Under the pieces are notes generated by a model that was not told where the DNA came from, made no database searches, and worked only from the letters and a program-made list of their open reading frames with translations. The translations under genes were made by a program, and so were the position numbers. A stretch of DNA of 64,000 bases, taken from assembly GCA_965637545.1 (NCBI GenBank), contig OZ281499.1, forward strand, positions 5,642,001 to 5,706,000, written 5' to 3'. The first letter of the stretch is position 1. Every line of letters begins with the position of its first letter. The DNA comes from Phallusia mammillata (taxonomy: Eukaryota). Of this stretch, positions 34,001 through 47,498 are shown one piece after another.

Positions 34001-36384
34001 ATGGATCATTATTTACTCATTAAACTTATGAACATATCTGTGTAAAAAACTGAAATGTGAAAAACACTGTTTTTGATTAAATGTTGTGCATGCAAATAAG
34101 CATTTTTTATGTGATTTACACAAACTGTGACTGCACAAATACTTGAGTTAGTTTTAGGATGTGTGTGCACTGCAAGGCACTTTTCCACATACCTTCTGTC
34201 ACTTACTTATAAGCTTAAGGACCATTGTGATAGTTTTTCCTTTCATTATTTACTTTGTCAAGAAACTTGTCATTGGGCCTAACCATACCTAAAAATGAAC
34301 ACATAAATATTGTTTTAACAGATGACAGGAATCAAAGATATAATCCCTGATTCGAAGATCAGCGCCAAGCTGTTCGATCCGTGTGGTTACTCCATGAATG
34401 GATTACTGCCTGAGGTAACTAGATGTATTGGTGCAAGAAAACTATAATCAGTTTTGACTTGTTGTTTATCGTGGTGATGGTATTTAAGCAAAAATTACTT
34501 GGACATGTGGTTTGATACTAGTGCATCGGTTCTCAAACTGGGGTCTGCTGTCCTTTAGGGGTCCGTGAGGCAATTTTTTTTTTTGGGGGGGTGGGGGCGT
34601 GAAAAGGTTAAAGTAATTCTGTAATCTTATTTGGCGTAAGTTTGTGCCACTTAATAAGTTTTATTCAAAATAGAATTGAGAATTGACAGTCTCCATTGCT
34701 AAACAATAGCCTTTACTGCATGACAACTAACAAAAATGCAATTGTTCGCGCACAATTGTAATGTTTTTTTTGTCTTGTCTGTGATATCAGATGCTGTCTT
34801 TGGATCATAGTTATGCGCAATTTTACATAACTAGCTAAAATCAGTCAACTTTCATTGTCCTGAAATACAAATTTAGGCTTTAGGAAAAAGTTTGAGAACC
34901 ACTACTAGAGGATACCGAAGAGAATTTTGTTAGTACCATTGCTGTGCATATTGTGAAACGGGAATTGCAAATCCTCTACAGGAAATCAGTGACTTCAGGC
35001 TTCCTGTACAAACACATATGACTTTAACACAGTGTGCTTTGCATGCATCTCGTAGTTAGTTCAGTACATCCTAATGTTTTGTATGACAGGGCCAATATTG
35101 GACAATTCATATTACACCCGAGGAAGAGTTTTCATATGTCAGTTTCGAAACCAATTGGAAAACTGGAAGCTATGCTGGGATAATTGAAAAAGTAGTGAAA
35201 CTATTTAAACCTGGGAGATTTACAATGACCCTCTTTGCAAACAAGGTACACAAAAGTTTTATATTATGTTTTATTTGCACATCAAAATTGTACCATTCCA
35301 GTTTCAAACAATTTTTCACACAAAAAAATTATGTTGATTTTCCTGCTAACATTTAGCTTTAGAAAGAAATGAGTCCTTGATAAAAGGATAAAGACTCAAT
35401 TTTTTAATAAATTCAAATTTGTTTCTAAAAAACCCATGAAGTTTCATTAAAGAGGTATTGAAATGGGGTATTCCAAATTTATGGTTTGATCATAAATATA
35501 TCTTTGCTAAGAAAAGCAGTTCAACTACAAAACATAATGCCAATAGCCTGAAGCTATTGTGTGCAGCCTGAAGCTATTAGTTGCAAACAACAGTACTCAG
35601 GGATTGAATTACATTAACAGTGTAGCTCACATCACAAGCCAAAACAACATTACCAGCTGTCAGCAAATGTGTTTCTGATAACAGCTGTTTAGCCAACAAG
35701 CCCTATATTGCTTCAAGTGATAGGCAACAAAAGCCTTTCATGGTTTATACTAAACATTTTCAGGTTTTGTAACTATAATATTAGCAATTTTGAAGAGAAA
35801 TCCATTAGCATTGTAAAATCCTAAGTTATGTTGTTTTAGAATTTAGCACCTAAATATAAGGCACAACACATTTCACAACAATTAATAGTATAGTCCAACA
35901 ATCAGTTACATCTTGTTTGAGGATTTTATTACACATAATCATTTCCATATACATTTATGTTTGCAGCTACAATAAATAAAACCAATGTACAATTTTTTTT
36001 TTCAAAAACCAAACTGCAAATACCCAAAATGCTATGCATTGTTACTAAATCACCATGCATGATGTCATACCTCGGTGATTTCATATATACAGGAAGCCTG
36101 CTGTTTTGGTTTCATTCCATTGACCTAAATAGCTTTCACTAAGTTGGTATGGTCAAGCCAGAAAAAACAAAAACTTTCAAGCACAACATGTTTTCATGCT
36201 ACAGTTTAATTTTGAAGTAATATTTATGTTACAGAGTTCATCTCTTGATATATCTGACTGGTGTAAGCCTGGTGGTCCATATGTAGAAGGTTTTTGCCAT
36301 CAAGACATCCAGACAGCGCGTTTACAGGATTATGGATTGTTTTACACAAATTATGCCAAGAAACAAAATATGATTAAGCAATAG
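31080..36384 (+). CDS. AMD1: S-adenosylmethionine decarboxylase proenzyme
   Basis: [20 protein letters not shown]; [23 protein letters not shown] (pyruvoyl self-cleavage site ~31746-31751); [10 protein letters not shown]; [13 protein letters not shown]; [10 protein letters not shown]; [20 protein letters not shown]. Exons start at 31080, 31593, 31745, 32194, (32722), 33575, 34322, 35091 and 36235. Confidence 0.96.
34524..34904. mobile_element. Degenerate hAT MITE in an AMD1 intron
   Basis: catcggttctcaaactg ... aagtttgagaaccacta TIRs; no clean TSD. Confidence 0.55.
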
Positions 36385-38416
36385 TGTGGAATGTGTTAAA
36401 GCAATAAAGCTACTACCAAATTGTATAAAGTCATACAATTGTAACTGTACACCAAACATCCTACACAAATACTGCACCTCGAATATCTTTCAAATAATAA
36501 CTGCAAGTCACCTGTTTTTACCATTTAGAGAAGGCTGCTGAAATTAAAATGATGTTTTTGCACAACTTTTTGTATGGGTATTGTAAATTTCTAATTGTCC
36601 ATAGTGTACAGCTCTTTTGATCTCTTAAAAAAGTAAGTTTCACACACAAAAAAACTTGTTTCTGATGTAGGATGTGTAATATATGTTTGCATTGTGTATT
36701 GTACATATGTATTAATGTGTATTGTTTTATAATGTACAGTTTATGTACATTAAACCCTTGCAGAATTACTCAAGAAGCCAACTCAGACCAGTTAGTCCAT
36801 TAGTTCCAAGTACTTTATGGCTCTGGTCCAACTTGTACAGAGCTATTCGTTTTTTCGTGTTGTTTTACCTTTATTTAATAGCTAGCTTCTGTTAAGTGTT
36901 TTTCGAAACCGGTCATCAAAATTTATTTATTCAAATTTGTGTATAAATATGGAAGAAGATTTGAGTGTAAATAAACAGTGTTTGTTGTAATCAAACTTGT
37001 TCATTTCTGATGGAGAAATGGGATGGGATATTTTCAGTAAGAGTTTATTAATTTCAGAATTTGGTATTCTTGTACAGCAAAGGTCGGCAACCTAAGCGAC
37101 TGGTGCCAATTTGCATGTTATTTCCATGTGGTAATGACTACGCGTGCCAACATTGTTCTGAGTTATAGTGGTTTGTGTCAGCTGATATCAATTTTAAGGA
37201 GAGAGCAGAGCGTTTAGTGCACGTAGACTGGATTTTAAGAGAATGGCATGATAAGAAACTAAAAACAAGCCGTGTAACATGTTAAATTTGTAGTTTACTA
37301 TGAACAGACAAATCGTTTGGCGGGTCAACAAAAATCACCTCCTTTTTTACTGAGAGAAATAAACTTGACTTAATAACACACAAAGTTAGCAACGTTAAAA
37401 CTATACACTGAGTCGAAGCACGATCAATTTGAGCGCACATCTTTCTAAATTCTGTCGGTCGAGAGAAGGGTCGGATCAAGTAGTTTATCTCCCTTAAAGC
37501 GGGTAAGAGTATGCTGACCTACACGTTACAATGGCGGTTTGTGACGTAAAAGTGAATGCCTGGCGAACGAAGCGTGGAATTATTGTTGCAAGATTAGATT
37601 TACACTTGAAAAAGACAACACAGTGAAAAAACGACTTTTACATTATTATACCACTACAAATTTGGCCGTGAAAAGTGTCTATGGTGGCTCCCTGCTTTTC
37701 TTAATTAGCACATGGTTAGTACTTTGGCTTATGGTTAATTCATTCCCAATCGCGAAAGCTATTGAAAATACCAACTATACGCTCTTCAAATATGGTTGTA
37801 AGATGTTTTTGAGCGCTCTGGCCAAAAGGCCGCTAGGTCGCGGCAACGGTGAATATATCCCTTATTTTCAATGACTGTAATGTATTTGGCAAAAATTAAC
37901 AAGTTAAACTATAAGGTAAAACGTCTTTAAAAGTTTTAGTTGGACCATTAGTTGCACAGTGACACACTTCTCTGATGCGGCTGTCCAAGTGCTGACTCTG
38001 TTACGTCACAAGTGTTAGTGAGTCAAGATAAGGATGATGCTGTACAGATGAAGACATCGTAAACATTGCAAAGGCCTTGCAGTAGGATTTTAGACTTCTG
38101 TGTTATGGCTTGCAACTTACAGGTTGACAATTTAGTCTTGGATAATGGTTTCAGATCACAATCAAGAAAGTCGGAGTAATAAGGCAGTATATTGTAAAAA
38201 GCCTAGTTATTTAGAATTGCATTGTTTAGATCTAATTGCAGTGAAGAAAAATAGCTTTATAATGCTGCAGTTTCAATAAATATTCCGCAAAGAAGCTAGA
38301 CATTTTGGCATCATTTACTTTTTTCAATTGAATGAAAAAGCGATTATTTCTTACAGAATGCAATCTTCTTTTTAATCTTGAAAAAATTGGCGACCCAGAA
38401 ATTGCCAACAGTGAAT

Positions 38417-38527
38417 ATGACGTCACCAACATCCCAAAACATTCGTATCAAGGACCTGGCGATCAACTTTGGTGTCATCGTTCTAATTCTACTTCTTCTC
38501 TACGTGGCAATCAGCGTCCTTCAGTGA
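38417..38527 (+). CDS. 36-aa single-pass micropeptide, phospholamban/sarcolipin/sarcolamban (regulin)-like
   Basis: MTSPTSQNIRIKDLAINFGVIVLILLLLYVAISVLQ*; polar N-terminus plus C-terminal ~20-aa TM helix with LxxNFxxIxxxL register; preceded by a splice acceptor (ttcttacag, 38356). Recognised by eye only. Confidence 0.7.
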   Translation: MTSPTSQNIRIKDLAINFGVIVLILLLLYVAISVLQ

Positions 38528-41500
38528 TGTCACTAAGGCTGTGTTTGAAAATCAACTTTAAAGAACTACAATAATTGAACACATCACGCTTTGTTTCACT
38601 GTACAAATGTGCTTTTGTCTGTTTTTCTTGTGTTTTGTGTTAACAGCGATTGTAATTGATGAGTAACGAACGATCTTTGTTGGGGAAGTTTAATTTAGGA
38701 CCCCCAGTTCAAACATAACGTAATTTAGTTTAACCTTTTAAACATTATTAACACCTTTTATGTTATCAAGCACAGAATTAAACTTGCACAAAGCCTGTTA
38801 TTGTTCTGTACTGCAAAGTGTAAATTGTTGATGTCAGTTTTCAGGATGTAATTAATTAAATTGTGTTGGTTGTGTCTTGCAACGAAAACAAATGGTGTTG
38901 TTGATGTCAGCGTTGTCAAATTATGTTGTATACTGTCCACAAACTGCCCGTCCCACAATAAAAAATGGTTAATTCTAGTTAGCCTACAGCAGGGTAGCAT
39001 GTATACGTGTAGTCTTCATGAGGTCATGGAGCTAGTTGGATTGTTATAAACCGGAAACAATGGTGGCATCGTTCATAAATCATTGTAAGTATACCTCTGT
39101 TATTTTGTTGTCTAAAATAGTTCGCAATACCAGACAAAAGCTTAACAAATGTTATTGCACCAACCAAGCAACGGCATAATAGATATCACATGCTATCGCA
39201 GCTTTATATTTAGACACAGTTAATTTATTGTTAGCAAAGATAAAATGAAGTTTTTTGTTTGACTGTTTTAGCAGAGCAACACAGAATTTCTGGAACTTTT
39301 TTGGTTTTGGATGTTGCTTAAAGTTGTCAAGTTATGTTATTCTGACTGTAATGCACAGTTAGTCAACAATGTAACGTTCAAAGTCAACTTTATTACCATG
39401 TAGTTACCAGCAAGCAGCCAATAAAATAGTAATTATTTTGCCAGCAGCAACGCTGTTTTGTTTGAGCATGCACATCATTGCACGATGGCACATCCATTTT
39501 AACAACTTCCTTAATTCATTACCAACAGCCAAAAACCCTGAAAGCAGATTGAGATAACGAACCGAATTGGCTTGAAGGAAATAGGAAATAGTTTGTTGTG
39601 CTGAAACTGTAGTGAACTAGTAATTCGAAGAACGGTAAAATGGCCCAATATCGTGGATTCTCTGTTCCATTGAGAGTATAAATACGCTTTAGACACGTAA
39701 AATAAAATAGTGTTTTTAGTGTTGGCGTGACAGGTAAAAATTCTGTTTGCAGCAGTCCAAGGGTGCATGACATGTAGGCCTATTGGTGGACTCATTGCCG
39801 ACCATTAGTGAAACATGAAGCTGCAATGAGACCGCACTAATAGCTCAAGCTTGTGTGCCTTTCTGATACGCGAACGAAAAAATGTAACCAACGAGTAGGG
39901 TAAAAAAGCCACACAAACCTGATTAAGCGTAGTGCAATGTGATATAACACAAAACAACCAGTCGTTTTTGTTTTACTTTCAATTTTAATAAAGTCGTGTT
40001 CGAAAGTGGTTTATAATTGTCAGGGCTGCGTATCACCAATATACTGTTCAACTGTGACAGCTTATTTGCTGTAAGACAAATAATTGTGGTTATAACCGCC
40101 TTGTTACAATCACAAGTATATACTACATGTACTTGACTACAGAGCCAACGGCAATTTGTGGCATTTGCGTGGTTTCGAAAATAATTGAGTTCCCGCCTTT
40201 TTTGCGCGGAATTCGGAAAGAATGTCGAAGCATTTTTATGTTTAAAGTTAGATGAGAAAATAACGTTAAATTTCCAATAAAGGATTATTTACCAACACTT
40301 ACTTTTACCCCAAATTTAACATATTTATCGAGGAAGAGAAATTTAAAAAAAATGTAGCACGGAATTAGTGAGCAATATTTATTGTAGTTTGATGTCATTT
40401 TAACCGGATTGGCTATAGTAACTATTGTGCAAAGATTTATATGCCTATCAAAGTGTTTGTTAAGAGTGTTTTCAAATCGCCCGAATAGGCAAACTTTTAC
40501 AAACAGGGCATGGATGAAAAGCCCACCTTCTCACAAACTTACAGCATGACAGGATACATGCGTTGTATGTTGCTGCTCTATCTGCTTGCTGTTCGCGCCA
40601 AAATGCCGAAGTCACCCCTCAGGGCATGATGCCGCACTGATAACAGACTTTCACCGGTGTTTTGTCGAGCTTTGCGCTGTTTTATTGTGTTTGAATAGTT
40701 GTTTTTGGACAAGGGTTTTACTGTACGTTGGGGGACTGTTGGTTTAGCAACAAAACCGTTGCGTTTGCGACATTCAATTGCGTTTTCTTCACAGTAACTT
40801 TCTGCAGTGTCGGCTAAGCAGGAAGTAGAAGGCTTGACTTTTATTTAATAGTTTCTTTAGTAAGAATGTCAACACTTCACGTCATTACATTATAACGTGA
40901 CATATTGAAGCTGTTTAATGTGTAAACTTGTACATGAAATAAATATTGATATGATGTAGACACTTTGCATCTTCATCTTGCATTGTAACAAGACATAGTA
41001 TTTTCAAGTCTTCTACGTGAAAGCATGCATGACTTCGATGCTTTCGAGGTTATTTGCGTTGGTGTAGGCTGGAAGGAAATGCCTGCAAGCTGTTTCATGA
41101 CGGGGCTATTGTCAGCTAATCAGGCTAGCAGTAACATTAACTGCATTCTATTGTTCAGTTGCACCTATTGAGGATTGAAAAAAACGCAACAAAGAGCATT
41201 GTGAAGACATAAGAGATAAAGAGTACAACAGTAGTAGGTAGTTGACAATTTAGTTTTGTGGTGACAATAACACCGTTTGCATTAAAGCAGGCGTTTGTTT
41301 TTGCCACTTTTGTTATTAACAATGCGTTGTATTTCTTGTATATGATAGTTGAAAGGTCGGCAAAGCACAAAGGCGCTAAATTGGCCCGTATAAAAGGTCG
41401 TACATTACTGCTATGCCCATAGGGAATAGTTTATAAAGAGCACTGTGTCCAGTGTGGCGCATTCCGGACATTTCTGGTGCTTGACGTGGTATCTGGCAAT

Positions 41501-44500
41501 GATGTTTGTGTGTGTGAGTAAGACACGGGCCCAGGCGATTCAGATTTTTTTTGTAGGTTACACTGGCATGGAGTAAAAGTGCAAATGGTAAAAAATGCTT
41601 AAGCTTAGAATTGGTGTTTATGTAGCAACACAGCAAACTAGATACTATTCAAAACACGAGATGAGTTGAGTTATATTTACGTCGCTTGGTGAAAGAAAAC
41701 ACAGCGACTAGAACAATTTACCGAGATAACTTACTAAAACAGCAGAAAAAGTGTTTCACAAAACAAAGTTTATGGTTAAATAACAATATGATTTTTTCAA
41801 TTAAAATGAACGAGATTTCGTACAGAATTGTTTTGTGTCGGCTAAAGCAAACATTGTCAGGCGTAGTATGGGTTTTCAAGAAGTTGCTTTAAAATTCTGC
41901 AATAAAGTACACCCACCTACCCCATGTTTAAGTCGGGCTTAGGGCCGGAGTTACGCAAGAATTCCTTTTGAGATTTAACTTCGGAATTTGAACAACGCAC
42001 CTTCCTTTCTATTATTATCAGTAGGGCGTATCGCGAAAAAAAATAACGTCCCAAAGGGGCGACCACGTTACGTTATACGGGATTTACTTGACTGGCTTGG
42101 CGTGTTAGCTGGAAATGAAGTAAATGAAAAACTTATTGGAGCAAGTCGGCGTGCGTGGGTAGAGACTAGAGAGAAGGACTTTCTCCGACAACTGTGGTTT
42201 GCTTCCTTTCACTTAAAACTCTAGGGGTGGACATTTTATGCCAGGTGTCGCATGAGTTTAGATTGAAAACTATTAAGTTAGTTACCTTGGGTGAAGTGTT
42301 TTGTGCCAGAATATTTTTTTAAAGTTCTAAAACCGTTGGAAGTGGACAATCTTTGTACCTTCTGGCAAGCAGTATTTTATGAAACGTTAGGCGAATAACA
42401 TTAGACAAGTTAATACTAAGAGTCTTTTTATCGAAACTATGAAAATGTAGTACAATCACCTTTTCAATTAAAACATTGCATTAGAGTAAAAAAATGCGGA
42501 ACAGATTTAGGCAATAAAAAAGTGGAACAGATTTAGGCAATAACTTTGGAAAAGGTTTTTGTTACAGTTTTAAACTTCAAGTAGCTTTTTCGTGGTATGT
42601 TTGATGATGACAGCATGTGAAAATGTAGTAAAAATGTTTCACACAACAGTATTATCTTCTATTTCATCATTAAGATAAAGACCAATGCAAGTCTTCTGTA
42701 GGTTTTTTCCACCAAGGAAGCGCGTTTTTCCGAGTAGCGTGGCTTTACGGAAACGCACATGCCACTCATCCGGTGTAAGCGTTACTTGGCCCACACAAAA
42801 AATATTGCAATGTTCTTTTGCAAAACAAACTTTTACTTATTGCACATCAATGAGCTGTAATTATGATGTCAGTTACGTGGCGAATCAGTAATCCCTGATA
42901 TTGTATTGATTCACATGAAAATTACTATTTACCTAATTATACGTATGACGTATGGATGATTGTAATTACGAGCTACAATTAAAACATTAAAATCACATTT
43001 TTACTTTCGTTTGTATCAGTGAATAATTGCCACCAGTTTTCATTTTGCCTATCAAAGTGGGGCAGCCAAATTTCGAACTATACTAATGCAGTTACCAAGT
43101 TAAATACCAGAACTGATCAATTATGGCCCAATGAAACACGCATAAAATGAAATCATTTCAGACCTTTCTAATATTGTGCTTGTATTGGATTTTTAAGGTG
43201 ACTTGTGCGTGCTTTCAATAACGATTGAAAAGAGCTATAAAGGTTTTGTGATGTTTGACAGAACACACCACAAACGCAGGAAAAACACGCTTCTGACAAG
43301 AACGTCAGCATAAAATAGCGTTTTTTTGTAGTAGTTATGTTAGAAATGGGTTAGCACTTTTTAACTATCTTTGTAAAGTGCATAGAATGTGCCTGCAAAC
43401 ATAAAATTCTCTACAGGTCTTCTTAACCAAAAATTCTTCCATCTGGAATCAGTTTCTATGGCAGTACTGTGGTTTGTGCAAATTTACACTCGCGCTGTTT
43501 TATTGTCACGTCACAATAGGCTTAGAATAGTTTTAAAGGACCGGGTTTAACAGGAAGGTGGGCAGGACCGCTTCGGTAAACACTATCGAGTGAGATTCCT
43601 TCAAATATTTGTTTCGGGTTGATCAAAATTGCGATGGCATCCAACAAAAGCAACTTCTAAACTGGGCTGTGTACTCATCTGGGTGCGACCGTTGTCATAG
43701 TAACACGAAGAAAATTGCGACATCAGACGTGTTTATGTAAGCTTTGTCAGCTGAAGGCCAACAAACATGTTCACTTGGTCACATTAGTTAATTGGCCAAT
43801 GGAGGTATTTTGAAGGAAGCACATTAAGCTTGTACTGATACAAAGGTCGAATGTTTTTTGTCGTTTTGCCGCAGCGTATTAGTGATGGGTATTAGTGAAT
43901 TCTGGCTAAGCAGATTTGCCCAAAATGCAAGTTTTAAAAGATTTTTGAACAATTTTTTTGCAACTGAACGGAAAACTGTCGAAAATTGATTCTTTGGGAT
44001 GATATGTATATAGATGCATTCAGTCAAATAGGTTTACTGCCTGTGAGGAAATAATGTATACATCACAGCACTGTTGATAAAATAGCGATTTTTAAATGTG
44101 GCTAGACGGTTTTATATTTTATTGGTTGCTGCAATTGAATTGACTTTATACTTCATACAACGCCTGAGCTTGGTCTTATACCTTTATACAAGGTAATAGT
44201 TATGTTTTTTAGAATAAGCGTCTTTTCAATGGATGACGTTGATGCGTTTAATAGTGGTGTTACTGCTGGAGTTATCTCTTTATCAGCCAGACAGGCACAG
44301 GCTGTGCTTAGAGCGCTATACGAGCGCTTTTCGTTCTTTCATTGTGACACATGTTATCGAGCGATCGGAACGCTTCACAGGAAACTGCTACAACTCATTT
44401 CCTAGCCTGCCCGGACTCAGCAAACCGAAATTTGAACCTTTTTGTTCGAATGAGTTGTTCGTATGCCACATCACAAAACTGTTGAGGTCGTTTTACTAAA

Positions 44501-45697
44501 GAGAGATACGTACTCCAGTCTATGCTTTGAGTTAATTTAAGTTTACGAAAGTAAATAATAGCAAAACAAGTGCAACGAAACAGTCACCAAGCTGGTAATT
44601 GCTGCACTACCTTAGACTGTTGTTGAGCATAATAAAGTGGAGGACCTATTTGGTTTATCGAAGAGAAATATGATGCAGCTATACTGTATTGTTCATCAGG
44701 GCAAGTTATATCAGTCTTTTAAGCATAGTTTAACTTTTACAGAGCTACTTTTCATAGAAAGTATCGCCTCAACAGTCTGTAATACCCGTAGCACCGGCGC
44801 CGAACAAAAAGAAAATAGGTTGACATTTTCGGCTTGATGTGTTGCGAAAGGAGCATGACATCCGTCGTCCCACGTTCAGGGTTGAATTCCAGCCGACACC
44901 CAGATATTCGATGCGTGAAACGCTTTATGACGTCAGAGATTTCACAATCGCCGGTTTGGAACCCTTCTATTGTGCGTCAATGTATTTTCGAAGTCACTTC
45001 TGAAACGTGCGTTAGTTCATCAGACTGGGAAACTTTGTATAGAACTGCACCGGTAATTAAGAAAGAGTTATTGGGTTAGTTAAGTGGTTGAAATCTAAAG
45101 AACAGCAAATATGTATAAAATACGAGTGAAATGTTTTTTAAAAATTGCTGGTATTGGACAATTTCGGGATTTAAGACCAGAAAATTAGAATGAAATTTAT
45201 AGCAAAAGACTGTTTGTGAAATGCAATACCAGCACAATGTGGTCAGAAAACTAGTCGTGGTTTCATGTAAGTTCTTATGTTGCGGTACCTAACAATTAAT
45301 TGTGGTTAACCGAACAATTGTCTCTCTCACCATAGGATGTGGTTCTTTCTTTTGTTACCGTTTATTGGTCCCCTTAACTGATTTTAATCCCATGAGATTT
45401 AGTTCGTACTGATAGAGGAAGGCAATGGAATCCAGTTACACAGTAAATTCGTTACCATTGTTCACCAAAGTGGTACAATTTACTAGTGGAGTAAGTTTGC
45501 TCGGCAAAGTTACTTTTGCAGGTCAAATCCGGCTGCTCAACGAGGCCTTTGACGTTTTTAGTAAACATATCGCATTCTAATGTATCGCAAACGTAACAAT
45601 TGTATTTACGTTAAATGTGTTTTTTATTTGTCCCAGCATTGATAAAACTAGACCTGTTGCTTAACTTTCTGGTTCCTACCCACACAATTCAAGTACA

Positions 45698-46558
45698 ATG
45701 GCATGGAAACAAGGACTTTTCGGATGCTTTGGAAACTCGGGTCTATGTATTCTGGCCTGCTGTGCCTTCCCTCTGGCGGTCGGCAAGAATGCGGAAGCTG
45801 TTGGCGAGCCCAATTCAGTGCTTTGGGTCATAGCTGTTGAAGTTGCCCCTTGCATAGCTGGAGCTTTGCTCAGAGGTCTTATCAGAAAGAAAAAGGTTAG
45901 AAAACTACTGTCAAAAAGTCGTGTACAGTGCAACGGAATGTTCGTGAAAACATTGATATATTTTAACCTTTAAACTTTTTTGTTTTTCCACTTTGATTTC
46001 AATAAATACGAGCTACATTTCCTCTAGCGAATGTTTTTCTTCTCCATGCAATGCTAACGTAATATGGTGACGTAACAGTAGTGGTTTATGAGATTAATCG
46101 AACATAACTATTGTCTTTCTTTATGACAAGGGTAAAAAACCTAAACTGGTCCATTACGACTGTAAATATTGTGCAACTAAATGTATTTTTATTATTGCAT
46201 GTTGTTTGAACAGACTAGTTAATGCTACTGATTAACCTATTTGCATGCAGGCAATTTAAAGTGGTTGTGCTTTTAAAATACAATGCCCTGTATGAAAATA
46301 CGATCCACATTAACAGGCCTTGTCGACATAATTGTATTGGGTTGCATTGAATTAACTATTAGTCATAGTGTTGTTTTCCGGTTGTAACGGTATCTCTATT
46401 TGCAGGGCATTGAGGGATCGTTTTGGATGGACGTGGCTGTATGGTGGTGTGTGCCATGCTGTGCTGTTTGTCAGGAGACAGTAGAAACTGGAAGTATGGA
46501 CTACCTCCAGCAACCAGAAATGCAAGCTATCCAACGGGAGGTTACCAACACTTCTTAA
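45698..46558 (+). CDS. PLAC8/cornifelin-family Cys-rich membrane protein (116 aa, 2 exons)
   Basis: Exon 45698-45895 MAWKQGLFGCFGNSGLCILACCAFPLAVGKNAEAVGE...LLRGLIRKKK; exon 46406-46558 GIEGSFWMDVAVWWCVPCCAVCQE...*. Typical W-x-x-GLFGCF, LR..IR and GI.GS..D....C..C...QE motifs. Confidence 0.88.
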
Positions 46559-47498
46559 GTCCCTTTGAACTTTTAATAACTCTCACTTACTGATGTGTTG
46601 TGTTGTTGCAACCCTATTCTCAAAAAACAAAAACAAATTTATTATGACCCATTTGTGCAAACACATTCACATTAAACAAAACCAGTGGGAAATGCTTTTT
46701 TGACTCTAGTGCTAATGTTTTAGTCTCACCACGTTGCCTTATATTTAGTATCAGTTCATTTTGACCTTGTGCGTGCAGGGGCGCGGGTTTTTTGTTTGGA
46801 TTTGCTATGATTCCTGTATTCAGGTCACATTTTTTGCGCTCGTTTTTCAGTGTATTCACAATGTACCGAACAAACTTACACATAACGCTTGTATAACCTT
46901 TTTCGCATGCTATTGTCAAGTCTGGGATGTTCTTAGTTCAAGTCAGTTGCTGCAATTTTGACACAATCCTTTGTTTCCAGAGGGCTTAGAAATAATATTG
47001 CAATTATAGTGACACTTTGCGTCACCTTGTGGTAGAGTTTTTTGATAAAAATAAACATCAGATTATTTCAATGCGTATAATGTTACTGCAATGATTAACG
47101 TACCATGTACATGTATATGACATCAGTTTTTTTGCATTGACCGTACTAAGCAATGTTACTACACCGTCCTAAAATCATTATCTCTTACCCAAACGGCACT
47201 ATTGCACTACTAACAATTGCGCTGATGTAGAGATTAAACAACTCCAAATATATCACATTTTGATTCTGTTCTTTGTCTTGTTAAATCTTCACATGCGAAT
47301 GTTTAATCAATTAAGCCGTACGGAAATATTAATAAACGAAAAACCTAAATTTGTTTGTTTTTTGGGTGTCTGCTAAAGTAAAAATCCTGTCTGTTGAAGA
47401 AATATTCATTTAGACATTGATTTGATTTTTACAAGAAATCAATAAATTAGGACCTATTTATTTCGCTTGAAACTAATTTAAAACTGTATAGGATAGCG

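Noticed and set aside
44233-44499. Signal-peptide-like ORF MTLMRLIVVLLLELSLYQ...
   Set aside because: No recognisable mature domain, processing sites or splice support; an overlapping frame is equally open.
45365-45385. miR-133-like sequence ttggtccccttaac
   Set aside because: Only ~11 nt match; no complementary arm to form a precursor hairpin.
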